This document shows, piece after piece, positions 28,521 to 37,901 of a stretch of 64,000 nucleotides of DNA. The notes below the pieces were generated by a model that worked only from the letters and a program-made list of their open reading frames with translations, ran no database searches and was not told the origin of the DNA. Position 1 is the first letter of the stretch. Each line of letters begins with the position of its first letter. This DNA is from an uncultured Acidimicrobiia bacterium. GTDB taxonomy: Bacteria; Actinomycetota; Acidimicrobiia; Acidimicrobiales; JACDCH01. Location: the NCBI GenBank assembly GCA_963721305.1, contig CAVRIR010000003.1, positions 600,884 to 664,883 on the forward strand, in the 5' to 3' direction. A program made the position numbers and the translations under genes.

Positions 28521-29552
28521 TCAGGAGGCCGTGAGCGCCGAACCCATGCCGCTCGACACGTGCAGGATGCAGTAATAGCTGTAGTTGCCTGCCGCGGGAA
28601 CGGTAAAGGTGAAGCTGCGGGCCGCTTCCGGCGGACCTGCGCCCGGCGGCGAGTTCGGCGGGAGCAGGCCGGTGTTGAAGAAGTCGGTCGCGTTGAGCGT
28701 CTGCGGCGACGGACCGGGCGCGGGCGCGTCCGTGCGCGGGTCGGTTGGGTTCTGGATCGGTGGCGTGTTGCCGGAGAACGTGGCCGTGTGCGGCGCAGCC
28801 GAATCGTTCAAGAACGTCACCTTGTCGCCCACCTTCATGCTCGGCGGCGGCGAGAACGCGAGCACGTCGGTGTGCGCGGTCGAGGCACCCATCTTGACGG
28901 TCCAGGTCTTCGTTCCGTCAGGATTGGTGGTCGACGCAGCAGGCGTGTTGTTCAGCGTCTGTGCCGCCGCCTCGCCCTCGGCCAGCCACTGCTGCTTCTC
29001 GCTGTTGCCGCGATCCTGCACCTGCTGCGGCGTATCGGACGTCGCGCTGGCGTCGACGACGTTCACCTTGCCGACCATCTGCGGGTGGATGACGCAGTGG
29101 TACTCGTAGGAACCGGTCTTGCCGAACGTCATCGTGAATGTCGGAACCGGCCCCGGGGCGAGCGGGAACAGGCCACTGTTGACGAACGTCGATCCGTCGT
29201 AGGGGCCGGTCGGTGGCGTGGGCGCGAACAGCGACGTGTCGCTGCCCGGAGCCGGGAGTTGTTGACCTGGGGCGAGGAAGGTGACCGAGTGCGGCTCGAT
29301 GGCCCCGTCCCACGACCAGTTCACCGGCGTGTTGACCGGAACGGTGACCGTGTCCGGCATGTATTGGAGCACCGCGATCGTCTTGTTGCCCGGATCGTTG
29401 ATGCCGGCCTGCACCTGGATAGTGGTCGGCGCCGGTGCGGCAGACGACGACGATGGCGAGCTGTTCGATGCGGTGGAGTTGGAATCGGAGCTACAGGCCC
29501 CGAGGATCAACACGATCACCACCGTTGCCATCAAGGTCCGCGTTGCTCGCAC
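28521..29552 (-). CDS. lipoprotein with two cupredoxin (plastocyanin/azurin-like) copper-binding domains
   Basis: GTG 29552 after ggggag; LILGAC lipobox. Type-1 Cu ligand patterns YEYHCVIHPQM and YSYYCILHVSSGM. Confidence 0.8.
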   Translation of the reverse strand: MRATRTLMATVVIVLILGACSSDSNSTASNSSPSSSSAAPAPTTIQVQAGINDPGNKTIAVLQYMPDTVTVPVNTPVNWSWDGAIEPHSVTFLAPGQQLPAPGSDTSLFAPTPPTGPYDGSTFVNSGLFPLAPGPVPTFTMTFGKTGSYEYHCVIHPQMVGKVNVVDASATSDTPQQVQDRGNSEKQQWLAEGEAAAQTLNNTPAASTTNPDGTKTWTVKMGASTAHTDVLAFSPPPSMKVGDKVTFLNDSAAPHTATFSGNTPPIQNPTDPRTDAPAPGPSPQTLNATDFFNTGLLPPNSPPGAGPPEAARSFTFTVPAAGNYSYYCILHVSSGMGSALTAS

Positions 29553-29733
29553 GATCACTCCCCACTCGAGGCGAAGCAGGGAATCTTCCAGGCGCGGCAG
29601 CACGGGTCAAGCACCGCGTTCGCGGTCGGGTGCGAAACCCGGCGAGAAACGGCCTGTGTCCCCGCGGCCTGTATCGCCTCGAGATCGACCCAGTCCTTCG
29701 TACGGTTGAAGAACGGTCAGGTCACTCGGGCGG

Positions 29734-30063
29734 TCACCCCGAGTCGGGATGCCAGAACGCGTCGCGCTCAACGGCGAAGACGACGCCGTTGATCGCCCAG
29801 TCCAGCCGCTCTTGGATCTGGTCTGAGTCGCCGCGCCAGTCGGGCCACCTACCTCCGGCTGGCATCGCGATCGTCATCGTCGAACGATGCTCCGGAGCGA
29901 ATCGAAAGCCATGGCGCGACTCGATCGCGTCGATTGCCTGGGCGCTGAGTCCCGTAGTCAACTCGGCTCCGCAGGTGTGCAGGGCCTGTTCAATGTCAGC
30001 CTCTCCACTAGCGCAGAATGCCGCCGGTTCCTGAGCGGGATGTATCGCCACATATGCGCTCAC
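29734..30063 (-). pseudogene. SMI1/KNR4-like protein fragment (C-terminally truncated or frame-shifted at 29735)
   Basis: LSAQAIDAIESRHGFRFAPEHR...WPDWRGDSDQIQERLDWAINGVVFAVERDAFWHPDSG then a stop. A GDRPSDL-type continuation is visible in another frame. The region then runs into the cupredoxin gene. Confidence 0.4.
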
Positions 30064-30240
30064 AAGCTCGGCGCCGATGAGCTGCCACGTCGCGTCGTTA
30101 CGTGCAGGAGTGTCGGCGCGACGGCGCGACGAGCGTAACAGTCGATATGTACGCCTTCCCGCCCGCCAAGAAAAAGCGCGAGTAACCCGGCTCGTCGTCC
30201 GCTCCCTGGGAGGCCCGACGGAGATGGTTCGCGCTGTACT

Positions 30241-30972
30241 TTGCGGGTCGTGCCGGAGTTCGCCACCTTCGATCAGCGACGCTATCCCACCGTCTCGGCA
30301 CGCGAGGGGTACGCGGCGTGGCACGTGACCTACGAGGACAGCGTGCAGGACATCATGGACCTCCGGATCCTCGAGCGGATCACGTCGGTGCCTTGGCGCG
30401 CAGTGACGCACGTCGCGGATCTCGGCTGCGGGAGCGGCCGGACCGCAGCCTGGCTGGCAGAGCAGGACATCGCGACGATTGATGGTGTCGACCTCACTCC
30501 CGAGATGCTCAGCAAGGCGCGCGAGCGCGGGCTGCACCGTCGCCTCGAAGAGGCCGACGTACGGTCCACACCACTGCCGACGGGCGCATATGACCTTGCG
30601 ATCTGCTCACTCGTCGACGAGCACCTGCGGGAGCTCGCGCCGCTCTATCGCGAGGCTCGCCGTCTCCTTTGCGCTGACGGCAGGTTCGTTGTCGTCGGGT
30701 ACCACCCGTTCTTCATCATGGCGAGCGGCATGCCGACTCATTTCGATGACGCGAACGGCCGACCCGTCGCCATCGAGACCTACGTGCATCTCCCCAGCGA
30801 GCACATGCAGGCAGCCCAGACGGTCGGATTCGTCGCGACTGAGATGCATGAAGCGGTGATCGATGACGAGTGGATTCGGCGGAAGCCGAAGTGGGACACG
30901 TATCGCGACTGGCCGATCAGCTTCGCGTGGGTCTGGAACGTGCGGTATCACGAGGAGCCGTCAAGCCCGTGA
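30241..30972 (+). CDS. class I SAM-dependent methyltransferase
   Basis: VADLGCGSGRTAAWLA motif I and LLCADGRFVVVGYHP. Confidence 0.8.
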   Translation: MRVVPEFATFDQRRYPTVSAREGYAAWHVTYEDSVQDIMDLRILERITSVPWRAVTHVADLGCGSGRTAAWLAEQDIATIDGVDLTPEMLSKARERGLHRRLEEADVRSTPLPTGAYDLAICSLVDEHLRELAPLYREARRLLCADGRFVVVGYHPFFIMASGMPTHFDDANGRPVAIETYVHLPSEHMQAAQTVGFVATEMHEAVIDDEWIRRKPKWDTYRDWPISFAWVWNVRYHEEPSSP

Positions 30973-31718
30973 GAGCGCGCACACACCGCACGACCTGCGA
31001 TGAGGCGATCGCACTACATCGCTCGACCGAATCGGCGACCTGTCGCGGACTGCGAGCCCTGGAGGCGAGCGAGCGTCAGCTGACCGACGAACACCTCGAC
31101 GTCTACGACGGTCGCGACGGCTGGTGGAACCCGGACCACGGTGTGATCGAGTTGCCCGACGGGTGGGAGTTCGTGCCCAGCGGCGACGCGTTCATCACCC
31201 GGAGGGTCAAAGCGGCCGGCCGCTACTGGCTCGCCTGGACGCCCCGCACGCGGAACCGACCGCACCGCCGCGCTCTGGGGCTCATCGCTCCGGCCAAGGC
31301 GATCAGTGGCGCCCGTGAAGCCGCCGACGCAACAGCGGACCGGCGAGCAGCGCAGCGAGGCTCCGGCGCGAAGTACCGGGAACGCCAAGAAGCCGGATAT
31401 CGAGACCGACTCGCGGTCGCCATTGTCAGCTATCTCGACTTCGCCCCGGCCCACGCCGAACTCGCCGACGGCATCGCTCAACGGGCCGCGGCCCGAGCCG
31501 GCGAGGTCGGCTCTGGACGAGTGGGACGAACCCAACTTCTCAGCCTCGAGCGCCGAGCCGAGCTCGCCGCTCGAGCCGACATCCGCCACAACCACACCAA
31601 CTACGAAGACCACCTCGCCGAGATCGACCTTCACGGCGACGACTGGCTCTACGCCGAGATCAAAGCCGATGCACACGAATCCGTTGACGACTTCATCGAA
31701 CGCCATCGACAACGGTGA
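30969..31718 (+). CDS. DUF2293 domain-containing protein
   Basis: GTG 30969 overlaps the upstream stop (GTGA). ADIRHNHTNYEDHL and the surrounding Arg-rich helices match my recollection of DUF2293. Confidence 0.65.
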   Translation: MRARTHRTTCDEAIALHRSTESATCRGLRALEASERQLTDEHLDVYDGRDGWWNPDHGVIELPDGWEFVPSGDAFITRRVKAAGRYWLAWTPRTRNRPHRRALGLIAPAKAISGAREAADATADRRAAQRGSGAKYRERQEAGYRDRLAVAIVSYLDFAPAHAELADGIAQRAAARAGEVGSGRVGRTQLLSLERRAELAARADIRHNHTNYEDHLAEIDLHGDDWLYAEIKADAHESVDDFIERHRQR

Positions 31719-31771
31719 CAAGAGCGCCTGTACCTGGCATTTCCGCGCATGTGCTCACACGGTGCCGAGTT

Positions 31772-32591
31772 TCAGCGTGTGGTGTGTGCGATCAGGTCAG
31801 AAGTGAGGTGGCTTGGGTGCTGAAGGGGTCCCATGTGACTCACGTCGGGGTACACGATGTGTTGCGCCCCAGGGATCCCGACAGCGGTACCTGCGGCGAG
31901 CGCGGCGAGCATCAACGACTCGGGATCGCCGGTCCCGATTGTCACTGGCTGTTCGACGGTGGCGATGTCTTCCACTGAGATGCCGCCCGTCGTCTCGTAC
32001 AGCGTCGCTTCCGTCTCTGCCCGACACTTCAGCCGCACGGTGCCGTCCCGGAGGTCTTCAAGTCCGTGCTTCACGTAGCAGTCGAGGACCTCGTCGTGCA
32101 GAGTTGCCAACGAGGGACGGGACTTGAAGCGTTGCCGGGCGTGGGCTCGAGAGTTGAAGACCTCGGTGCGTCTCCGTGCCGAGGCGACCATCGGGTTGTG
32201 CTCCACCGGCGCGCGCATCCTGGTCGGCGGCACGATCGGTTCGAACACGAACACCGACGCGAATCGTTCCGGCTCTGCCACCGCTGCGGCCAGGGCAACG
32301 GCACCGCCGATCGAGTGCCCGAACAGGTGGATGCGTCCGTCGATGCGGCGAGCGGCGTCGAGTACGTCGGCGGTGATGTCGCACCACTCCAAGCTCGCCT
32401 CCGGCCATAACGGTGAGTCTCCGTGTCCGCGCAGGTCCAACGCGAAGAACGTGGTGCGGTGCAGCAAGCGCGCGAGCGAACGGTTCGTACATGCGTCCAC
32501 AAAAGCCGGTGGCGTGGCACACCAGTAGCGGCTCGCCCTCACCGCCGAGGTCGTGCACGGCGATCATGTCGTCCTCCACCACTACATCCAT
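31772..32591 (-). pseudogene. alpha/beta hydrolase, frame change near 32475
   Basis: N-terminus MDVVVEDDMIAVHDLGGEGEPLLVCHATGFCGRMYEPF lies in the 32058..32636 frame. The rest (FFALDLRGHGDS...LFGHSIGG nucleophile elbow...) lies in the 31772..32542 frame. Confidence 0.7.
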
Positions 32592-32714
32592 CGGTCTATC
32601 GAATAGCAGATCAGAGCCAGACCTCCCCGCCGACATCCGGCATCCGCCGATAAGACTTGCGGAATGCTGCTACCACTCGCGGGCCACCCGTTCACCGCGC
32701 CGGTGGACCGCGAC

Positions 32715-33218
32715 ATGCTCCCTTCGGAGCGTCGTGAGTTCGTCCGCACGCACCGCACTTGCGTGTTCGGCTACACCCGCCGCGCCGATGGTCCCGCCAT
32801 GTCGGTCGTGTACTACGTCCCGACAGATGACGACGAGCTACTGGTGTCCACAATGGCGATGCGCGGAAAGGCGCTCGCCGTCGCCCGCAACCCGAAGGTC
32901 AGTCTGTGCGTACTCGACGAGCACTGGCCGTTTACTTTCCTGCAGGTGTACACCGACGCCATCGTGGACGACGACCGTGATCTAGTTGTCAACGTAATGA
33001 TGGGTGTCGGCTGGCGCATGTCCGGACAGGAGCTAGCTGACGACGCCCGTCCCGTAGTCGAAGCGATGGCTCAGGAAGAGAACCGCGTCGTCCTCCGTTG
33101 CCGCCCGTACGCGACGTTCGCGACGCCGCCGCGTCACCTGCACGACAACGACCAAGACGAGCGCCTTACCCACTGGACTTCAGGCAGCGTCCCGTGGGAC
33201 TCACCCGATTCCGCCTAG
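32715..33218 (+). CDS. PPOX-class (pyridoxamine 5'-phosphate oxidase-like) probable F420-dependent enzyme
   Basis: MLPSERREFVRTHRTCVFGYTRRADGPAMSVVYYV...GKALAVARNPKVSLCVLDE. The ORF track starts at 32664. Confidence 0.7.
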   Translation: MLPSERREFVRTHRTCVFGYTRRADGPAMSVVYYVPTDDDELLVSTMAMRGKALAVARNPKVSLCVLDEHWPFTFLQVYTDAIVDDDRDLVVNVMMGVGWRMSGQELADDARPVVEAMAQEENRVVLRCRPYATFATPPRHLHDNDQDERLTHWTSGSVPWDSPDSA

Positions 33219-33402
33219 GGCTCCGTTCTGTGCAGCACCAGACCCCGCAATCTCGTGTCGTTCGTCGGTCGCACCATCTCGAGTGTCGCATAGCGTGTGG
33301 AACTGAGGGCGCTTCTCGCCGAGCTCGAGACCGTGCTTGGGCCTCCCGACGATCGAATGCTCGCGGAGGCGCAGGCCGCGTTCCAGAGGCTGAATTGACG
33401 AG

Positions 33403-33780
33403 TCAGACGCGGATGAGGGGGACAGCGCGCCCGAGGGCGGCCACGATCGGCCCGAGGTCGCGCTCATCGGACGTCATGACGCCATAGCCGCGTCGATGTG
33501 CGACGACCACGACGTGGGCGTCGACGACGTCGCTGGCCCTCGCCTTGCCGACAAGAGCGCCGACGTCGTGCGCGTCGCCATCATCGAAAGGCACCACCTC
33601 ACAACCCCGCAGGAATCGCCGTAGCTGCGCCTGCCGCGCCGATCGGCTCACCTGTGCGACGACAGGCGCAGTGGTCACAGGTACGACCCCGAGCTCCAAC
33701 CGCGCGCGGTGGTCGGCCCAGATCTCGCGATCCGATCGGTCGGCCGCCACCAGAGCGCCGGCGTCGTAAACAACCGTCAT
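33403..33780 (-). CDS. vapC: PIN-domain ribonuclease toxin VapC
   Basis: MTVVYDAGALVAADR (first acidic residue)...DAHVVVVA...VMTSDERDL. ATGA overlap with the upstream antitoxin. Confidence 0.8.
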   Translation of the reverse strand: MTVVYDAGALVAADRSDREIWADHRARLELGVVPVTTAPVVAQVSRSARQAQLRRFLRGCEVVPFDDGDAHDVGALVGKARASDVVDAHVVVVAHRRGYGVMTSDERDLGPIVAALGRAVPLIRV

Positions 33781-34055
33781 GCGGTCCTGCGCCGTGGGCT
33801 CGACGTCCGTTTGCGGAGCTGGCCCTTCACACGGTCCCGTGCAACGGTCATCTCGGCGTCCGTCAGTGCGCCATGGTGCGCCTCCCATTCGGCAACGGCT
33901 GCGAGACCGTCACGGATCAGCAGGGCACGCCGGGCGGCGTCGGTCATCCAGGCGGAGACGCTGACGCCCTCCTCGGCGGCGGCATCGAGGACGCGCTCGT
34001 GGACGTCGGCGTCCACCGTGATGGCGAGCTTCGGTGAGGGCTTCCCTCGAGGCAT
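33777..34055 (-). CDS. vapB: ribbon-helix-helix type antitoxin (VapB-like)
   Basis: MPRGKPSPKLAITVDADVHERVLDAAAEEGVSVSAWMTDAARRAL. 92 aa, 4-nt overlap with vapC. Confidence 0.7.
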   Translation of the reverse strand: MPRGKPSPKLAITVDADVHERVLDAAAEEGVSVSAWMTDAARRALLIRDGLAAVAEWEAHHGALTDAEMTVARDRVKGQLRKRTSSPRRRTA

Positions 34056-34256
34056 GTGTCGAACCCTACTACTACGGTAGGAGGGTTGCCAGTCGCACCC
34101 GTGATTGACCATTACTGACCGCCATCGCCCTTCCTGCTTGCTCCCTCGTGCTCCCTGCGCCCTTGGTAAAAATGACAGGTCAGGCACGGTTTGCGCAGTG
34201 ACCGTTGCGGACTGGCGGGGGACTGGCTCACTGACGGCGACCGGCGTGTGCGCCCT

Positions 34257-34589
34257 TCACCGGACCTTGTTCGCCCATCGCTTCGACCACTCGTCGAGAG
34301 GGGCGATCGCGTCGCCGAGCGCACTGCCAAGCCTCGTGAGCGCGTAGTCCTGACCCTCGCGACGGATGAGACCTGCTTCTGTCTGTTCTCGCAGGCGTTC
34401 ATACAGAACACTGGGCGAGAGGCCGTCACAGCGCGCCAGCAGGGCGCGCGCGCCGAGCGGCCCGCGTTGGAGTTCCCACAGGATTCGCAGCGCCCATCGA
34501 CGCCCGAGGAGGTCGAGGGCCGCCATCAGTGGACGTCCCGTCCTCGACGCGCGCACCGGCTGTCCTGGTTTCGGGGTCTTCGACGCCAT
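34257..34589 (-). CDS. HxlR family transcriptional regulator
   Basis: ALDLLGRRWALRILWEL..GPLGARALLARCDGLSPSVLYERLREQTEAGLI. Confidence 0.85.
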   Translation of the reverse strand: MASKTPKPGQPVRASRTGRPLMAALDLLGRRWALRILWELQRGPLGARALLARCDGLSPSVLYERLREQTEAGLIRREGQDYALTRLGSALGDAIAPLDEWSKRWANKVR

Positions 34590-34660
34590 TCGAGGTCAAC
34601 CCTCCTCGCGTTTCGTTTTCCGTAACGAGACTGTACCGTCGTCGTTACTGATTCCGTAAC

Positions 34661-35281
34661 ATGTGTGCCCAGGAGGCGATCGTGACTCGAACAATCCCAC
34701 TCGAAGCGCCGTTCGAAACGGACACGCGAACGACACTGAGCCGGATGATGCCCGCCGGCGTACCGCCGATCGCGCTGTTCCGGACGTTCGCCCGCAACCT
34801 CCCGATGACGAAAGCGATGCACACGTGGGGGTCGTACGAGTTGAGCAAGGAGCTGTCGCTCTCCCTGCGCGATCGTGAGATCGTCATCGATCGCACATGT
34901 GCACGTTGCGGCTGCGAATACGAGTGGGGCGTTCACGTCGCCTTCTTCGCTCAGCGAGCAGCGTTGGACGACAACCAGATCACCTCGCTGGCACACGGCA
35001 GCCCCGACGACGCGTGCTGGGCCGCCGAGCGGGACCGGTTGGCGATCCGCACGGTTGATGCGCTCCACGACCTGTCCGACATTCCGGACGATCTTTGGTG
35101 CGAACTGCTCGAGGAGTTTCCCGTGGAGCAGATACTCGACTTGACCATGCTCTGCGGCTGGTACCACGCGATCAGCTTCACAGCGGTCGCCGCCCGAGTC
35201 CCGCTCGAGGAGTACGCCCCAAGGTTTCCCTCGCGTCACCCTCACGGCCCTCCACTCCATCCAACCCGAACAGAACGGTGA
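34661..35281 (+). CDS. carboxymuconolactone decarboxylase (AhpD-like) family protein
   Basis: Divergent from the HxlR gene. LRDREIVIDRTCARCGCEYEWGVH motif region. Confidence 0.75.
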   Translation: MCAQEAIVTRTIPLEAPFETDTRTTLSRMMPAGVPPIALFRTFARNLPMTKAMHTWGSYELSKELSLSLRDREIVIDRTCARCGCEYEWGVHVAFFAQRAALDDNQITSLAHGSPDDACWAAERDRLAIRTVDALHDLSDIPDDLWCELLEEFPVEQILDLTMLCGWYHAISFTAVAARVPLEEYAPRFPSRHPHGPPLHPTRTER

Positions 35282-35414
35282 TCTGAGCGCAGGAAACGAC
35301 CAAGCCGCACCTTTCGGACAGGTCCGCGGATTCCAGCGTTGCGGGGGCCGGGTGGTTGTGGAAGGGTCACGCGGGAGTCGCGCGAGTATCGGCGGCTGGA
35401 AGCGGGGGTGGGCG

Positions 35415-36884
35415 ATGGGTCTGCATGGGCGATTCGGACTTGTCCGGACTCGACGGTTGCACGCTGCGGTCCGACGCCGCGCCCGGTGGAGGAGCGTGCT
35501 GATCTTGGCGCTCCCGGTGGCCGTGGCATCGACGACCCTGACGGCTTGCGTGGCTGATCCTCCTCCGAGAATGGTTGGCGCCGTCGCCCACGACCACAGC
35601 GCGGTCGTGACCTGGCTTCCGCCCGTGGCTTCGAACGCGGGGATCGCGGCGTACGTCGTTACCCCGTATGTCAACCAGGTTGCGCAGACTCCGACCCGGT
35701 TCAACTCGGCGGCCACGACTCAAACGGTCACTGGGCTCACCAACAGCACCACGTACACCTTCACGGTTCTTGGCATCGACGCGGTAGGGAATGACACCGC
35801 TTCCTCGGGCGAATCGAACGCGGTATCACCTCCCGGGGCCACCGCCATCAGCGCGGGCAACTATCACACGTGCGCGCGGCTTCCGGGCGGCGTGGTCAAC
35901 TGCTGGGGCTCGAACAGCGACGGCGAGCTCGGCAACGGCCTCATCACCGGCTCGAACACTCCGGTCGCGGTCACCGGGATGACCAACGCCACCGCCATAG
36001 CGTCCGGCGAAGATCACACGTGCGCCCGGCTTGTTGGAGGGACCGTCGACTGCTGGGGTGGAAACTTCACCGGGCAGCTGGGCGATGGCAACACCTTCAA
36101 CCAGCCCACACCAGTTGCGGTCACCGGGATCACCACCGCCACCACCATCGCGACGGGCTACTTGCACTCGTGCGCGCTGCTCGTCGGAGGCACCGTCGAC
36201 TGCTGGGGCTCAAACGGTGCCGGGCAGTTGGGTGACGGCACCTTCACCGATTCGTCCACGCCGGTTGCGGTCACCGGGATCACCAACGCCACCGCCATCG
36301 CCGGCGGATTCGAACACACGTGCGCGCTGCTCAGCAGCGGAGCCGTCAACTGTTGGGGTGACAACAGCTTCGGCGGCCTCGGCAACGGCACCACCACCAC
36401 GTCGTTCACCCCCGTCGCCGTCACCGGCATCACCACCGCCACCGCCATCGCCACCGGCGGCAACCACACCTGCGCAGTGCTCGCTGGAGGCACCGTCGAC
36501 TGCTGGGGCGGAAACTTCGAAGGCCAATTGGGTGACGGCACCACCACCGATTCGTTCACCCCCGTCGCCGTCACCGGTATCACCACCGCCACCGCCATCG
36601 CAGCCGGCAATAGCCAGACGTGCGCGCTGCTCAGCAGCGGAGCCGTCGACTGTTGGGGCTACAACGGCTCGGGACAGCTGGGCAACGGCACCACCACCAA
36701 CTCGTCCAGCCCGGTCGCCGTCACCGGGATCACCACCGCCACCGCCATCACCGGCAACTCGGATTTCGATTGCGCTCTCCTTACCGGCGGCGCAGTCCAA
36801 TGCTGGGGTCACAACAACGTCGGGCAGCTTGGTAACAACACCACAACCGACGCGCACACCCCGGTCGAAGTCCTCTGGTCCTAG
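35415..36884 (+). CDS. lipoprotein with one FN3 domain and 7 RCC1-type blades (paralog of 22993..25503)
   Basis: ATG 35415; lipobox TTLTAC followed by VADPPPR, as in the paralog. FN3 (VTWLPP...YVVTP...TVTGLTNSTTYTFTV). 7 CWG-x4-GQLG blades; ends HTPVEVLWS versus HTPVEVVWP in the paralog. Confidence 0.85.
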   Translation: MGLHGRFGLVRTRRLHAAVRRRARWRSVLILALPVAVASTTLTACVADPPPRMVGAVAHDHSAVVTWLPPVASNAGIAAYVVTPYVNQVAQTPTRFNSAATTQTVTGLTNSTTYTFTVLGIDAVGNDTASSGESNAVSPPGATAISAGNYHTCARLPGGVVNCWGSNSDGELGNGLITGSNTPVAVTGMTNATAIASGEDHTCARLVGGTVDCWGGNFTGQLGDGNTFNQPTPVAVTGITTATTIATGYLHSCALLVGGTVDCWGSNGAGQLGDGTFTDSSTPVAVTGITNATAIAGGFEHTCALLSSGAVNCWGDNSFGGLGNGTTTTSFTPVAVTGITTATAIATGGNHTCAVLAGGTVDCWGGNFEGQLGDGTTTDSFTPVAVTGITTATAIAAGNSQTCALLSSGAVDCWGYNGSGQLGNGTTTNSSSPVAVTGITTATAITGNSDFDCALLTGGAVQCWGHNNVGQLGNNTTTDAHTPVEVLWS

Positions 36885-36992
36885 ACCGCGCCGTGGACAC
36901 GAAGCGGTTCACGGACTTCCATTCATCATCGTCGACAGCGGCTGTAAGGCTTCTCGGTAGCAACGACGCAACAACTTCACATCTCGCCCCGT

Positions 36993-37550
36993 TTAGCTGA
37001 CGCGCTCCCACTGACGATCTGGATGGCGCAGTGACATTGCCGTGACGCTGTTGCCTGTTCCCACAGAAGTGCTGGTGGTCAGGTCGATCGGATCCAGCGC
37101 GTTCCTCATCGCTTCACGAGCGTAGAAGAGTCGACTCCGAATCGTGCCCACTGGCACTCCCAGAAGCTCAGCGACTTCCGAGTGAGGACGCTGCCGCAGA
37201 TAGCAGTGGTCGACGACTTGGCGGTGCTCAGGGCTGAGCTTCCGGAGTGCCACGGCGATCGTGAGCGACCCGACGACGTGTTCCGTGTCATCGGGTGCAA
37301 CGGACTCCGCCGCGGTGGAAGTCGTACGGGGACGCCGGGCGCCGGCACGTGCGAGATCGACGAGCAGGTTGCGCATGATGCCGAACAGCCAACCGCCAAG
37401 GGAGCCCCGCTGCGGATCGAAGTGATGGGCGCTCTTCCAGGCGCGGAGCATGGTCTCTTGCACGACGTCTTCGGCGGAGCCCCAACTGCCCACGCGTCGA
37501 GCCGCGAAGGCACGGAGCTGAGGTCCGTACTCGACCATCGCCTGCCGCAT
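36993..37550 (-). CDS. ECF-type sigma-70 family RNA polymerase sigma factor
   Basis: Region 2 AEDVVQETMLRAW, region 4 HSEVAELLGVPVGTIRSRLFYAREAM. ATG 37550 is preferred; the ORF track extends to GTG 37601. Confidence 0.85.
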   Translation of the reverse strand: MRQAMVEYGPQLRAFAARRVGSWGSAEDVVQETMLRAWKSAHHFDPQRGSLGGWLFGIMRNLLVDLARAGARRPRTTSTAAESVAPDDTEHVVGSLTIAVALRKLSPEHRQVVDHCYLRQRPHSEVAELLGVPVGTIRSRLFYAREAMRNALDPIDLTTSTSVGTGNSVTAMSLRHPDRQWERVS

Positions 37551-37617
37551 GCCTTCGTTGGAGCCGAGACTCGCGTTGACGTTCTGTGGACATTCGATCA
37601 CGTGCGCAACATCCGCT

Positions 37618-37650
37618 AGTCGGCTGACCGCGACCCGTCAGTCGGCTGAC
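37618..37650. promoter_or_regulatory. exact 11-bp direct repeat AGTCGGCTGAC x2 at 22-bp spacing upstream of the ECF sigma gene; candidate activator (SARP) box
   Basis: Copies at 37618..37628 and 37640..37650. The second is embedded in the palindrome GTCAG-TCGG-CTGAC. A near-copy in inverted orientation (GTCAGCCGTCA) lies at 37690..37700. Confidence 0.45.
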
Positions 37651-37901
37651 GCCGCGCCGCGGCGGACGTCTGTGGGCCGGGAGCCTCCGGTCAGCCGTCA
37701 ACGGATGATTGGGTCGGGATGACTCGTCGGGAACGCCAGCAGAAACAAGTCGCGTCGGCGCTCGATCGAGGGCACTACGCCCGCGTGCTGGTCCTCGCGC
37801 GGGAACATCTCGCCGAATACCCCGACGATGACGACGTCCGGGAGGCGGCCGAGATCGCGCGAGCAGCGTGGGACCGTCCCGCCGGTCGATAACGGCGCGA
37901 G

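Noticed and set aside
33297-33398. 33-aa ORF VELRALLAELETVLGPPDDRMLAEAQAAFQRLN between the PPOX gene and vapC
   Set aside because: The helical sequence looks protein-like, but it is too short, lacks an RBS and has no family assignment. It may be a gene fragment.
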